Below, one piece after another: positions 13,194 through 26,670 of a stretch of 64,000 nucleotides of DNA (its first letter is position 1; every line of letters begins with the position of its first letter). A program made the translations under genes and the position numbers. A model generated the notes under the pieces. That model was not told the DNA's origin, made no database searches, and saw nothing but the letters and a program-made list of their open reading frames with translations. Origin of the DNA: Phoronis australis. Lineage: Eukaryota > Animalia > Phoronida. Where the stretch lies: positions 144,436-208,435 of the forward strand of contig NMRA01000031.1 in NCBI GenBank assembly GCA_002633005.1. The letters are read 5' to 3'.

Positions 13194-15639
13194 CACTTTA
13201 TCTACACTGTCTACCACAATAATTTTTTTCTGACTTACGAAATTAAATCAGTACTTTTGCAACCCAAACGTACACATACCGTAATCAATTATGAAAAGTG
13301 AACACAATAAACCTTTTTACCAACCAACCTAACCATCCCATAAGGGGCAGCAGGAGAAAAGCAACCAGGAAATTTCAAAGATGGCCTAATCTCACATTAG
13401 TAACAGCCAGTAATTCTCTGTTCATAACAAGGAAAACTACTGTGTATATTTATATAAATTACAACAAAACTGCCTTCAATACACCAGTTTGAAATGAACA
13501 ACGGATCCTTGGACCATTTACGGTACTTCGGTACTTCGGATCCTTGGACCATTTACTTCGCAGCCCAAACATGTCATAAGCTGTTCTACTGGCATATGAC
13601 TTGACAGATGTTATTGTACTTTGGTCTGAATGTTATCCAAACACAATCATTAATGCATGACATGGCATGCTCCAAGTTAATACAAACTTGGTTTTATGAA
13701 TCAAAACTCATGCTAGGTTCACCTGAGCGCTAAAAATATTAGCAGTTTCACTAACTATAACACTAGCGAAAACACAAGCTACGAGCTGTCCACGAAGGGG
13801 TAAATTTCGGCAGCTGTTGAGTTAGATTCTCACAACGTGAATCAGTTTTACAGGAAATTGAAGTCAAAACACATTCGCTCTCTCCCATCAAGTGATTTAA
13901 TGCGACGATAAATAAAAAGGCCGCTTCTCCCTGCGTATGCGCCTCCTTAGAAATAAGCCATCTGACAAAAGTGCAAGTGAAAATAGTTGCAGTTTTGAGG
14001 CGACTCAAATCTCCAGTAAAACAACAGAAAAGGTGACTCTTGTCACCGGCCACATGACTGATGATTTTTGCAACTAGTGAAAAAGCTAGTGAAAACGTTA
14101 GCATTTTAGCTACTATGAGAATAGGCGAGGTGCGGATTTCACCCATATTACAAAAAGTCATGCTCATCAGCTCATCAAAACAATTACATAGCAAGCAAAG
14201 GGCATTCTTTTTGATAAGCTAGACAAGGCATTGGTGTCCTCTATATCTTCTGTTCTGACCTTATCAGGTAATTCAAATAAATCAGCATCTGTGACGCTCA
14301 GTGAGCTCAGTGATTATTTTTGGAGTAATTATGAGCAGACCACAGTTCAGAAATAATTCATAGCAATTATCTCAATAACTAGCAGTTAGGTGTATCTCAG
14401 AGACAGTACGGTACACTCCTGCTCAAGTGAGATTAAATTTGTTTTCAGAAAGAGTTGTGTGGAATGTAAGACCAAAGTTTTGGCTGTTGTCACAAGTCAC
14501 TTTTCAAGCTCTAAAAGTAGATTTGTTATACTGTGTAATATGCACGAAGCATACTTCAAGGAATTATGGGTAACGAACTGTCAGTTCTTTGCAAACTGAG
14601 ATGTCACTTCTTATTTGAGAAAGGAGCAAGTGGAGACCAATTTCACGACTTGATAGAATTTGGGTTAAGCTGCTCTAAATGTGACACAGCTGCCTTTTTC
14701 TAACAAGATCTAAATGTGCTAATACTAAGCTCTGATATCTCTAGGTTTAGGTCAGTGATGAATTACCATTCAACAATGTTTTGACACAAGGATTTAGATG
14801 TTTGGACTGGGTTGGTAAAGTAATGTTTTTATTGCATGGCAGAACTCAAACATAAATTGTGAAAGCTTATAATGAAGGAGTCCCAAGACACACAGACAGA
14901 CACACATGACTGTAGCAGACAGAAGTACTATACAGTTACACTGGTATCCAGCAATAAGTGTGACATGGGAATTTCGGCACGTCTTCTGATACCAAAGACA
15001 TGGCTAATTTCAACTTGCCATTATGAAAACTAAGCTGAGGAATGCAATTTAAATAAAAGTGCTCTGAAAAGATACACAAAGAATGAAGAACTTAGAACTA
15101 AGGCAACAAGGAACAGAAGAACACCAATGACAACCAATACACTGTTGATAACACTCGCACTGATAACAAAAGCGAAGATGCCATCAGCTACTAAATGACA
15201 CTGATGTCGACATAACTAAAAGGAGGCAAGACTGCCAATAAGGACGAGGATGTAACAACGCCGCTTAAACTGATGACGATGACAGTCTACTGACGATGGT
15301 TCTGGTTAGATAAACCCCAGTTTTGAGTTTCCATTTTGGATTTCCATACACATGATACCAACATGGTTCCAGAATTTTAAAATGATATGTTAAACAAAAT
15401 TTTGCAACAAAAACACAGTATTGTGCAACAGATACTGGTGTTCCTGGACGATCTTTCTGCTGCTAACACCATCAAAAATGCAACTGGCAATGACAACAAC
15501 ACGAGCAATGCTGGTCAGGACTATGGCCTCACAACTGAGTAAAATTCATGTATATCGGAACAAAAATGTGGTGTGTACTGTGCATAGTGCTAAACCAACA
15601 GTAGAGCAGTGAGAAATCATTCAGTAAAAGAACAGTCAT

Positions 15640-16418
15640 CAGGTTGAAATATCAAATAACTCGAGCACGGTAATTTGTCAAATAGCTCTTGACAGACCAT
15701 CTACATGCCAAATTTCAGAGAGATACGCCAAGGGATGCCAGAGGTATGCCACGGCAAGAAAAATCAATCAATGAAAGAAAAGTCATTGGAAAATCTCAAA
15801 CAAATGAAGAACAGTATGCTATATCGAAAAAAGGAGAGCACATATATAGATAGCTCTTAACAAGATCTATCTACACTCAACTTCCTTCAAAACATTTTCT
15901 CAAAGGACACCTGAGCAACAGCTCTTTGAAGAAGAACTTCAAATAGTGGCCATCATAGCACCATCTTTGCCCCAAAACAACAAGACCCAAGGTTTTATTA
16001 ATGAGATAGACATTGCATTGAAAACGAACAATCAACCAATCAGTTATTCTAAAAATTTTGAGAACGGTACGCTGGACCAATATTGATCCCTAGGTTGGAG
16101 CAACAAACTGATGGCTTATTAAAGATAGTCCTTGCCAAGATCTGTCAACATGCCAAATTTCAGAAGCATCCTTCAAAGGATGGTGGTGCTAGATGTCCAC
16201 AAAGCGAAAATTCAAAAAACAATTGTAACAGCACCGCAGCACCTTTGGTCCGATTTCACCCAAGAACAAAAGGCCTCGAGCTTTTAACGAGATACATGTT
16301 GTGTGCGAATTTCATATCCATCTGACAGAAAATGCGACCTATAGCTTACAAACCAACAAACAAAAACTTCACAACAAAGCAACACACTTAGAAAAAATAC
16401 TTTTCACCAAATGTTATA
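15640..16418 (-). mobile_element. Helentron-associated-like element, reverse orientation
   Basis: Repeated acatgccaaatttcag cores, an (ACAA)n-like tract and a degenerate terminal inverted pair. Confidence 0.4.
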
Positions 16419-19400
16419 TTTTGAATGTTCTCATGGTCAGATTCGCAACAGATTTTGAAGACTGAACTTTTAATCTGAAAATAACCGATAACATTGTTGA
16501 CACTACATACTGTATGATACAGCTCATGGATGGTTCATGGCATTAAAAGGATTCTAAGTTTAAATTGTAGTGCAAAAGCTGAGGCAAATCCTTGTTGATA
16601 AGACATGACTTTGACGCCTGTAGAGTGCTCCACTTAATAATGGTGGTGTTTGAGCTGACGATTTTCTCTGACTGTAAATTTTGTTCCTTTGCAAAATGGA
16701 ATCTAGCATTGATTTTTCATATCACTACTACATTCATCTGCACTAGAGCTCACTTCATATTTGACTATTTTCATAACATTGGCTCAATCACAACAAGCGC
16801 AAAGTTCACCATACACACACAAATCCACACTCATTGGGAACACAAAAATTGTTGAAGCTTTTTCCATTGCATCCAATTATTGCATCTGACTACATTTTTT
16901 GATTTTCAGAAGATGTCAAGTACCTGAAGATTTCACCTACGATCCGGATGTATGATTTTGGACTTTGCCTAGGGTACTGTAGCAAATTATTTTTTGTGCA
17001 ATTTATACAGAACATGCCTGGCTTGAGAGAACTTTTGCAGTGGCTGAACATGTGCACTTAACAGGAATGCCAGGTGCACACACACAAATCAAAAGGACCA
17101 AAAATAAACATGCGGCTGATTGTAACCACATTCGGATTTTAGTTTGTTTTGAATAAATACCAGTGGCATCCACCAGTCAATAAAAGACCTAAAATTAGTG
17201 GCAGGTCCTTTTAAGTAAACTTCTATGAGAAGCAACCATGTAAACTGCCAAATTGGTTGAACCATTCATACAGACTTTCAAGGGTATGTGATGTTGCTGT
17301 CATCAAAATAATTGCAATCGCAATGGACCCTGCAGATAACTTAGACGAGACCGAAGTTAATCATTCAAACCACGCTGAAGTGTCGACGCTCAGACGTTAA
17401 ATCTGCCCTGCGAAGTTAACTAGCAATGTTAATTTCGATCCAGGACCGGCTTTCACCATTCAAAAGCATCCAATGTGTCATCGTGATCATCAAAGGGCCT
17501 TGTGATAAAAATTTCTTAATTTTTGAAGGTCACTTTCACTGAACTGAGAAAAAATATATAACGTTACAATATCTGATAAATTTGATAAATACCTCCCTAA
17601 GGCATTTTACCATAAGGGGACCTTATTGGGAAAAGAACTGATTTCCTGAGATAAGCCCCAGCATGGAATTGAACCTGGAACCTCTCCCCCCTCCCCCACG
17701 GTTGCACTCCAATTAGTTCTGCTAGCAGAGCTAAATCTCACTGATACCTGTATATGGGTGAGTACTTTAATGGTATTAAGCTCACAATGTCACGGACCTC
17801 GATTTCAGCAAATTTCAGACAGGCAACAGCCAGAATTTGAATTTTTTGCTTTATCGTTGTGGACAAAGGCTAATAACTTGAAGAGGTCTATCTTATTCAA
17901 CAGTAATCCTAAAAATGCACTTTTTAGATGAAAAGCTGACAATGTCTCTTTAACACATATCATCATTAACTTGTAGGTCAATAAGTCAAGCGTGAGACAA
18001 AATGTTACTACAAAGTTTTGCTCCCTGGTGTTGCTAAAACGTTTTGCATCCAGGCACCTCAATGTTCCATTCTGGACATAGACCCAACTTCACATTTAGC
18101 CATGCCATATGCGCTTAAATGTGCACATGTACAGAACAAATAAATATGCTCATTTGAGAATGGGACAAGACAGAAGTTCCTATCCTGAAGGGATATTTTC
18201 CCTTCGATTGAAAAACAACTCCTAAAGTACCCTGAGTATTATGATTGGAAGATCAATCAAACATTAGACAACACTTGGCCACAGGCACAAGTGGATATTA
18301 CTGTCTTGAGTAGATAGATTGCATACAGTAGTTACGTAAATCTGAGAAAGCTAAGAAACGTTCATGTGCATGCTTGTATGCTATTGATAGTAACAGTGCT
18401 TTCTGTAGAGCAAAAATCCATATAGGAACAACAGAGTTCCAGACACAAAGGATTACTGGAATAAACATACCAACATTCCATCTATAGTTTAACTCTAATG
18501 ATTATCCTTCCAACATAACACACATTTCTGACTTCAACCATTTCTCTCAAGGTCCATATACTTTAGTATATCTAGAAGGGATCTAGTTGGGGAAAGCATA
18601 AACTATATTTTAGGACATAAGTTAAACAAAAATGTAGTCAGGCTATGAAGTCATAAGATATTACCAGACAAATCAATACTGCAGTCACCTGCCCACCACT
18701 GTTTACACAAGCCATATTAACGTAATTTATTAATAATTCAAAATGCTGGCCCTGAATTTCGAATGCTCGTAGACTGACAATTCAATTTTGGATTCACCAA
18801 GACTGTTTAAAGAGTTGACCACAGTTTCGGCCCTGCATAAAGTTGACAGGGCTTTGTAGCTATCTCAAGTTCTGGTTATAACTCAAGACAGTCTTCACTT
18901 AATTAGCGTGTTGTATCAGTGTATGGCACACAAGTGAAACCATACTTCAAACATCAAATTTCTCCACAAAAATAATTAGTAATTCCAAATCTATTTTAGC
19001 TCGGTTTTGTAAAGCACATAAAACAAATTTGGTAAAATTTCCAGCAAAATCATCAGCCTGTGAAAAATAGAAAAAATATATATTACTTTACACTGTTTTT
19101 GAAAAGTTTCAAGCTAGAAAATTTATCAAACTGAGCAGTGTCTGGCATCATTAGTGATGTGAAAGTTCCAGGGGGCAAAAATTTCCTGAAATAGTAACTA
19201 CCTGAGTGATGGCATCAGTCACCACTAATATTTACCAAACTTGGCAATTTTGTAATAGATTATTTAGAACTGCGTTTTGCCTTGCATATTTGGCTAAAAA
19301 ATTCTAGGCCAACGCTCATAAAATCAGTCTCGTATTCCCTGCCGTGATAGAGTTCTATTTCCGCTATCAACAAGAACATCGACATCATCAAGAGAATGCT

Positions 19401-21804
19401 TCAGGGTTCATTGGTGTTGGCCTCACTTCAAATTACGGGTTCAAAAATTGCTCATGCCTTTGATTTGAATTGCTGGCTCGTTTGACAATAATTCAAGATC
19501 AAATGAGTGCAGTAATGTTTTTCGAGTCCAAATCACTTGGGTTAAGAATTCAACAGTGACAGCTAAACACGGGACGGATGAAATGCAGTTTTAAGACAAT
19601 TTCTCAGACCTTTCAGAGAGTCCAAATTTCACAGTAGCCAACCCACCAAAAAAAATTTTAAATTTTTGGTATTAAAATACCGTGGTAAGTCGTCAAACAG
19701 GAGTTGCCTGGCTACTTTAAGACATCCAAAGTTGCTACAAGAAACTCTCAGGAGCTTGACACCCAAAACAAACAACCTGGCTGAGCAGAGATTCTAATCT
19801 GAGTCCACTACAGCTAAAATGCCATGCACACACTACACACACCACCAATGAGAGCCCCCTGTTGCAGAATGTGCTAGTGTTCATGACTCCCAAAGCAAAT
19901 GACACATTAATACAGATGGACCCACAGACCACGTCACAACAGACTTGTGTTACATTGGATTTTGGAGCATATAACTGAGCCTCAGCAGGGTTGCGTTTTT
20001 AGTATGAGAACTTCACCAGCATGACTATACGTTTCAGCTACAGTGCATGGCAACATCTTGTGAAGTCTCATTTAATCCTCCATTTTTGTGAGTCCACGAA
20101 ACACAAGCCCGAAAATAAATATTCCAAAAATAAAATTCCAATACACCAAAGAAAAATATCACACTGGATCACAGCAGCTTCCATTCTTTCAAAAACTGTT
20201 TAATTATTGACAGTGCTTTGTCAATAGCGGAAGGTCAAAGGACTTGTAAACGGGAATTCAAAAATTATGCATGAGTAGTGTGCATAGTTCTTATTGTTCA
20301 ACTGTCAATGTTGAATTCTAGACCACAGTGCTTTAGGGTTTAAAAACATCACCATGCTTGTTTGACCTTGAATTGTTGCCAAACGCGCCGGCAATGCAAG
20401 TCACAAGCAATGTGTACATACGGCATTTTCGAATTCACATTTTAAGGTTGGCCACCGCCAATAAACTCGGAAACATTTTCTTGAGTTGCTGAGGATTTCG
20501 TTGCTCTTGGTAACAGACTCACCGAATCCAATCAAAGAAAGGAATATTACAAGACCCAGTATTCTGAGACTTAAAGGCCCAATTCAATTTTCCTGTTCCG
20601 GTCAGCTACACAGGGCAAATTGCACACAGGAATAAGCATTTGAAATCATCACAAGTGCCAAATATTTTAACTACTTCACTGCCAATCCAGTATTTCTCAC
20701 CCACAGTTTACAATATTTGGTGTCACTTCCAGCTTGGAAATTTTCCAGGTCAATATTCACGACTTCCACATTGGAGTACATGCACACTTCATACATTCCT
20801 CAAACCATAAACCACACCAGGGTTTGAGAATTAGCTTTTGGGTCACTTGACTTCCAGTAACTTAAGGACATGAAATTCATCAGGAAAGAAATAAACATGG
20901 ATGTTCCACAAATGACCCGACAAAGTTAGACAACTATGAAATTGAATGCCCAGAATTCAATAGACAATTATTGAATGGCATTACAGAAACCGGGCAAAAA
21001 TTGTAAGGACCTGCTTATGAGGCATGCATAGACAAAACATCCAGATCATGTGCCTTTCTCTTAGGCAGGGAATGGAGCCTGGGTGGGATATTGAGCAATC
21101 GCTAGGCAGGTGACATACTCCCAATTTCCATACCACTGAAAAAGAAAACAAACGCCGCATGGGCCGAGGCTTTACTTGTTTCGGAAAATTCATCTTCCAT
21201 GTGGCAATCAGGAAATTTTGTCAGGACACATTTGTCGAATTGGTGTTAAGCTATGGGTTAGTTTCTACACTGTACTTTTTCCACGAATCAATCAGCCAGG
21301 GCATGCAATGCTTTCAGCAGGATGTTTTTCAATCATTAAAGTTGCAAAAATTGGACTGCAAACAAAAGGAGGGAGTTTGCATTTAGATTTATCTTTGCAT
21401 CTTCAACCTTTGAGCGCCAGAAAAGAGACGTGTATAATCTCCTTTCGAAAGTTGCATTCTTAGCAAATATCGAATACATGTGTTGGTGAAAATGCTGATT
21501 AAACTTTGGCATCGACTGTGTCAGTTGTCACGGCGCAACTTGTTCTACTTTTGTTGCATTGACACGACATTAGATCGCAAACTGGATCACCCTGAGTTAC
21601 ATACAAGAAGACTGCGCATGCTCGCATAAACAACAGGGAATGTTCACCGGATAAACGCTCTTCTACAAGGGCATTGAAAGACCATCCATTTCCACCCTGC
21701 TCCAGTTGTGTTTAGAAGTGTACTTGACATTGGAGCAACTAACTCTCAAACTGATGTCAAAAACTGGCCGCCACAGTGTCACTGGCTTTGTGTCAGTCAT
21801 GTTT

Positions 21805-21821
21805 ACACGCACACGCACACA

Positions 21822-21856
<35 letters not shown>
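21805..21856 (+). repeat. (CA)n microsatellite
   Basis: Direct reading. Confidence 0.95.
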
Positions 21857-21861
<5 letters not shown>

Positions 21862-22256
21862 CCGGAGCAGCTGTTCCGTGATAGCTGCGCAGAGTCAGAT
21901 GTCTCTCGTGTAAATGCGGCTTACTTCACATGAAGCGTCCACGTTAGGATTTAAGCGTAAATTCACAATTTTTTAAAATCCCCGATTTAAACCCCTTCCC
22001 CTCCCCTCCCTGAAAATTGCTCTCTGTAACTTGTTTATGCTAGGTTGTTTGAAATTAACAATTCTGAACACCTTACCATCAATGTATGGACTTGTACCAA
22101 AAATCTCTATAAATACCCAGCAGGTTGTTTAGTCAATCCACAAATGTTGTTGCCAAATCTAAACACATTAACAGGGTGATAACCAAACCACTGATGAATC
22201 AATTTAAGTTCAACAACTTCTGGAGGCCAGCTGCTGTGATCTGTGAACTGAACAAT

Positions 22257-22610
22257 TAGTCCAGTCATTCTACGGATAACCCGGATAACCCGGAAAAAAT
22301 TGCAACAGAAGGTTTTATAGCATAAATCGTATCCTTTCACACCCCTTAGTGGGAAAAAAAAGTCTACCGGAATCGGAGTGGCGGAAGTTGGTTTTTCAAG
22401 ATGGCGGACAAAATGGCCGCCAGATTTTCTGATGCGCACTATAACTCAAGAGTAGAATGTGATACAGTAAAAATTCAAAAAGGTTTACCTATGTTTTGTG
22501 GGTCAACAAATCCATTGGAAATGGTTTTACATGGCTGTGGTGACACCGTCCGCCATTTTCCAAGATGGCCGCCAAATCTACTCGAGTCACACAACTTCAC
22601 ACGAACAGAT
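22257..22610 (+). mobile_element. DNA-transposon terminal fragment (possibly Academ-like)
   Basis: Begins TAGTCCAGTC; tandem GGATAACCC; repeated (caa/aaa)atggc(c/g)g motifs; no matching right end seen. Confidence 0.35.
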
Positions 22611-24248
22611 TAGTGTGTCAAATGTGCAATGAGAATTAAAGCCTGAGCACAGCGAGGTTGACACATTGCTGCCCCCGACTACCAGTCCAAATTGTCATCG
22701 TGATTATTTCCAACATGACAACGATCATCCTATACATATGTACAGTATGTAAACAACAGTGGTTCCCAAAGACAATGCCAAAGAAAATTAATAAAACAAT
22801 TTTAGATCTAAACGTAAATTCTAATGTCGTCATCACAGTAAAACTGAACCCCAAGTCTGCCAGTCATCACTAACAAAATGACCTTTTCCTCGATTTTCCT
22901 GGAAACCTGAACTGATGACCATGGGGGGTATTTGGTAGGTGAACATCTTGGCCACCAAGGTATGTAAATTCCATTCTAGAAAAATATCCAGGATGTGTAG
23001 GTAGTAAACTGTATTTAGCAACTCACAATTCCCAAGTCACTTGTTTAAATAGGTCAACAATTAAGAGTGAATACAAAGCCTTGCTAAAGTCAACAGTGTT
23101 TACATGTGGTATATTGGCTCAGTTGGACCATCAGTTAAGTACTTGGCACTCTTAACCTACTGACCACAAAACCACACAATCATCTTCAGATCAGTTTTTG
23201 TTTTGGGAAAGGGAAGGATTTAGTGCTTCCAGGGAATTGTGTTATACAATAACATTTTCAGTAATGCAATTACAGCAGCAGTGTGTTTATCCATAGACAT
23301 GGACACAATATGTATGTTATTAATCAACCACAGCCGATGGTGATGGTATAATCAGAAAAGTACATTACTATCAGATTTAAAGTTGCCAATTTCCTTTTGT
23401 TTTTTAATCATTTCGATAAGTTTCAAATTGATTGAAAAGAGGTTTTTTCATGGTCTCGGTGAAAGTATGTTGTGAGTGATTTCACTCACAACACAGTTTT
23501 AAATTGTCTGAAATTGAGGTTTTATGAGTTTTCAGTTTTGCAATAATTCACAAACATCCTGAGTTGCTTGTAATTTGATTGGCAATATTTCAGGCTTTTC
23601 TGCAGACATTGGTTAATTTTTTCAGCAATTATTGTAATGGAAGGCAAGGACCTTCCTCCAAAGGGAATTTTATGTGTAACTGAACTGGGATCAAGATCCT
23701 CATTTATTTTGATATATAACATACAAAACCTTGGGCTTAATTTGAAATTTAAGACTTTTTACCAGACGCGGGTCCACCACCATTATGATTAAAAAATATT
23801 TTAAACGGATAAATAAGTTACGGTATAAGCGGATGAATTAAATGGCAGCTTCCAAGATCAACATTAAAACGAATGGTCTGTCATTTCATTTTCCGCTGAA
23901 GACTCTTGAAAGCAACTAAACTTATGGAAACGTAGGAGCTGTACAATAACTTACTACAGTATAATTTTACAACAATTGCAAAATAAAGCATCACACACAA
24001 AAGCTATGATTGAAGCATTCTCTTAAATGTGGTTTCATCACTAGGCACCATGTTGATTACTGCAATGTTACCCAGGTCATCCCAGTCGATCATCAAGTAC
24101 AAGAACAGCATGCATTGTGGGTAACAGCATGCATGGTGGGTAATCAGTCAATTACCAAAGAAAATGAACAGAATGAAAGACAAAACAATAACACCCGAGA
24201 ACTGAAAACAAGCCAGAACACGAGTTGAGCCGACAACATGCAACTTAC

Positions 24249-25096
24249 TGCTTGAAACTGCTTGTGCGCTTGACATAGCTGAATTTGCCCGATTTCTTGC
24301 CCTGCGGTGTTGTTGGAAGACTATTATGATTCGTTGATGACGAGCTCTCGCTGGATTGCTGTCGATTGGGTGTGAACAACTTTAAACTTTGAGTTTTCTT
24401 CTCCCCAATGTCGAGGTCAACTATGGTCACTGGCTCCATGCTTATGGCTAGTTTGTAAGATCTCGTTTCCACATTATCGGTCAGCGCTGGTTCAAGTCCT
24501 TTTCCTGGACATTCATCCTTGAGTGACTCGAATGCACCGCCTGCGGAAAAGTTTTCAGTAACCGTCTCCAGTTTTTCACTCCCCGTATCCTGTTTTTCAT
24601 CAAAATTTTCGTAACTTTCTACTGACGGTTGTTTCTTCAAGCTACTGATGTCGGAATGAGATGCAAAGCTTTCTAAAGTTTCAGCGCGAGCTATAGGCGG
24701 TAAACCAAACAATGGAAGTGGCACAGCATCAGGAGAGACTTCATTACTGGCAACATCACACGCAGCCTCTGACTTCGGTAGCAGCGGGGTGTGGCTAAGT
24801 CCATTTTGGAATTCCCCGTCTAAGTGTTGCTCCAGGTGATCGGTTGTCAAAATGCTCGATATGTAGTCTTCGGGTTCGTGAGGTAGAATGTGCATTGGCG
24901 CGACCACACTGAACGGCTGCGTAACCGTTGGCTGCTTGCTTGTGGTAGTAATGAAAGTCTTGATCGGTTTTCGCTGAATTTTGTTATTGAAGTTATTTGT
25001 CTGGCCATTACAATTGATGTCAGTACGGCGCAGTTCCTCGGAGTCCTCGTCGTCGTCCATAAAAGGAATACTTTCCACAGAGCCAGGAGCCTGCAT
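24249..25096 (-). CDS. Large low-complexity (S/T/E/P-rich) coding exon, probable N-terminal exon of the PP2C-like gene
   Basis: Longest ORF in the window (283 codons). Bounded by acceptor tagcag|G-ATG and donor AAG CA|gtaagt (phase 2), which matches the phase-2 start of exon 5953-6128. Linkage to the PP2C-like gene is inferred. Confidence 0.65.
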
Positions 25097-26434
25097 CCTG
25101 CTAATTGTTGGACACTACAACTCTTTACCAAAATACTCCCTCACCATTGCATAGGGGTTTTGCAGGCAATGTCTGAGCCAATAAGCTAGAATATAATCAT
25201 GGAAGCCAACATTTAGCACGAAGCAATGCCAAACTACTGCATTAGCCCAAACAATTATTAAGCTTGAGTACTTACTCATCAGCTGTGACAATCGATGAAG
25301 GAGCATCAGCCATGGACGATGATTCTTCAGAATAACGAGAACAAATGAACAAAGAGCTATTTCGTGTTAGTCAATGACTAATGACTGTCTAGAGGTTGTA
25401 TGATAACACCATGTAATACAAAGATCATCAAGAGAACAACTTGAAGTTGTTTAGATGAACTGTGTTTGATGGTATCTTTACAATTTAAAATTATTATTAA
25501 TTGTTTCTGAAATATATTACATGGTTATACCATTTAGAACAACTCACCACAAGTGAGAATAAGAGCTCTATTTTTGAAATTACACAGATTGTCAAAAAGA
25601 AAAGGGTGTTTGGCAAGTTTTCCAGTTACTTAAGCGTGCAAGGCCAAGGATTTAAAGACAAGCAACTATAGAAATCACATGTAAAACTGGTAAAATGCAG
25701 TCCAGAAGAACAACAATTTCAAAAACAAAGCTTGGTTAAATTAGACAAACAGAAGTATAATATCTCAATATTTCAAAAATCAGAACTGGGTTAGATAGCA
25801 CAAAAACTACAGGACACGATTTGCTAATTATGCACTAGCATAATCCCATCATAACTAGATAAAAATGAAAGGCAATCACTGAATCAGTCAAATTATTACA
25901 GCCAAGAAGGCCAAGGGACCAGGTGAAATAAAATAAATTCTTCTTACTTTACCGGAATGGTGAAAACACACAAATTTTTACAGCATATACTAGTCTGCCT
26001 ACCTTGATTCAGGAATAGCTGTTAGCACTGCAACTGTTATTTAGCAATTTTTTAGTTCTCAGCCATGGATGAATCAATAATACCCACGACGACGTAATTC
26101 CACAGTCATCACACTGAGTCAGTCTTCACACAACTCAGCCGTCACATTGCGAGGAAACTTTGCAAACTATACGTGCAATACAGCTGAAAGAGTGAGGCCA
26201 GGTGAAAACAAAGATATCAGGAAGTTAGAGGAACAAAGTAGCGACGCAATCGCCACGCAAAGCAGTCAGAAAATGTAAGAGAAACACTCAAACAGCAACA
26301 ACACGACAGCCAACAGATTTCGATTATGATGATCAGGTGAATTGTGTCTTCATTTACCAAAGAATACAAGAGTAACATGCGACGTCTATTGAGAAGAGTA
26401 TCAATTACTTATTGCCAGACTTGACATATCCATA

Positions 26435-26670
26435 GGTCCGTTCCAAGAAATTGACTTAAAGTTCACTTTTGACTTAAATCTAAGATTTATCCCAATTTCC
26501 AAATTTGGAGACTTACACATTAGATAGTCAAAATTAAGACAAACTTCAAGTAAAAAAACTTTAAATCAAACTTTTTAAAGACCTCTTTCTTGAAACGGAC
26601 GTGAGCCAAGTTCAGTTCATGACAGAAATTCAGGATTGGTCTTAGCTAATTCAGTTTTCTTGGAACGGGC
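26435..26670. mobile_element. Small Harbinger-like MITE with two right ends
   Basis: GTCCGTTCCAAGAAA pairs with TTTCTTGAAACGGAC (ends 26600) and with TTTCTTGGAACGGGC (ends 26670). Confidence 0.5.

Noticed and set aside
17654-17690. B-box-like GGTTCAATTCC on the minus strand suggesting a tRNA
   Set aside because: No A-box or cloverleaf; at most a SINE remnant.
20523-20610. Strong minus-strand donor (TCG|gtgagt) suggesting an internal exon
   Set aside because: No recognisable homology and ambiguous acceptor and phase; needs RNA data.
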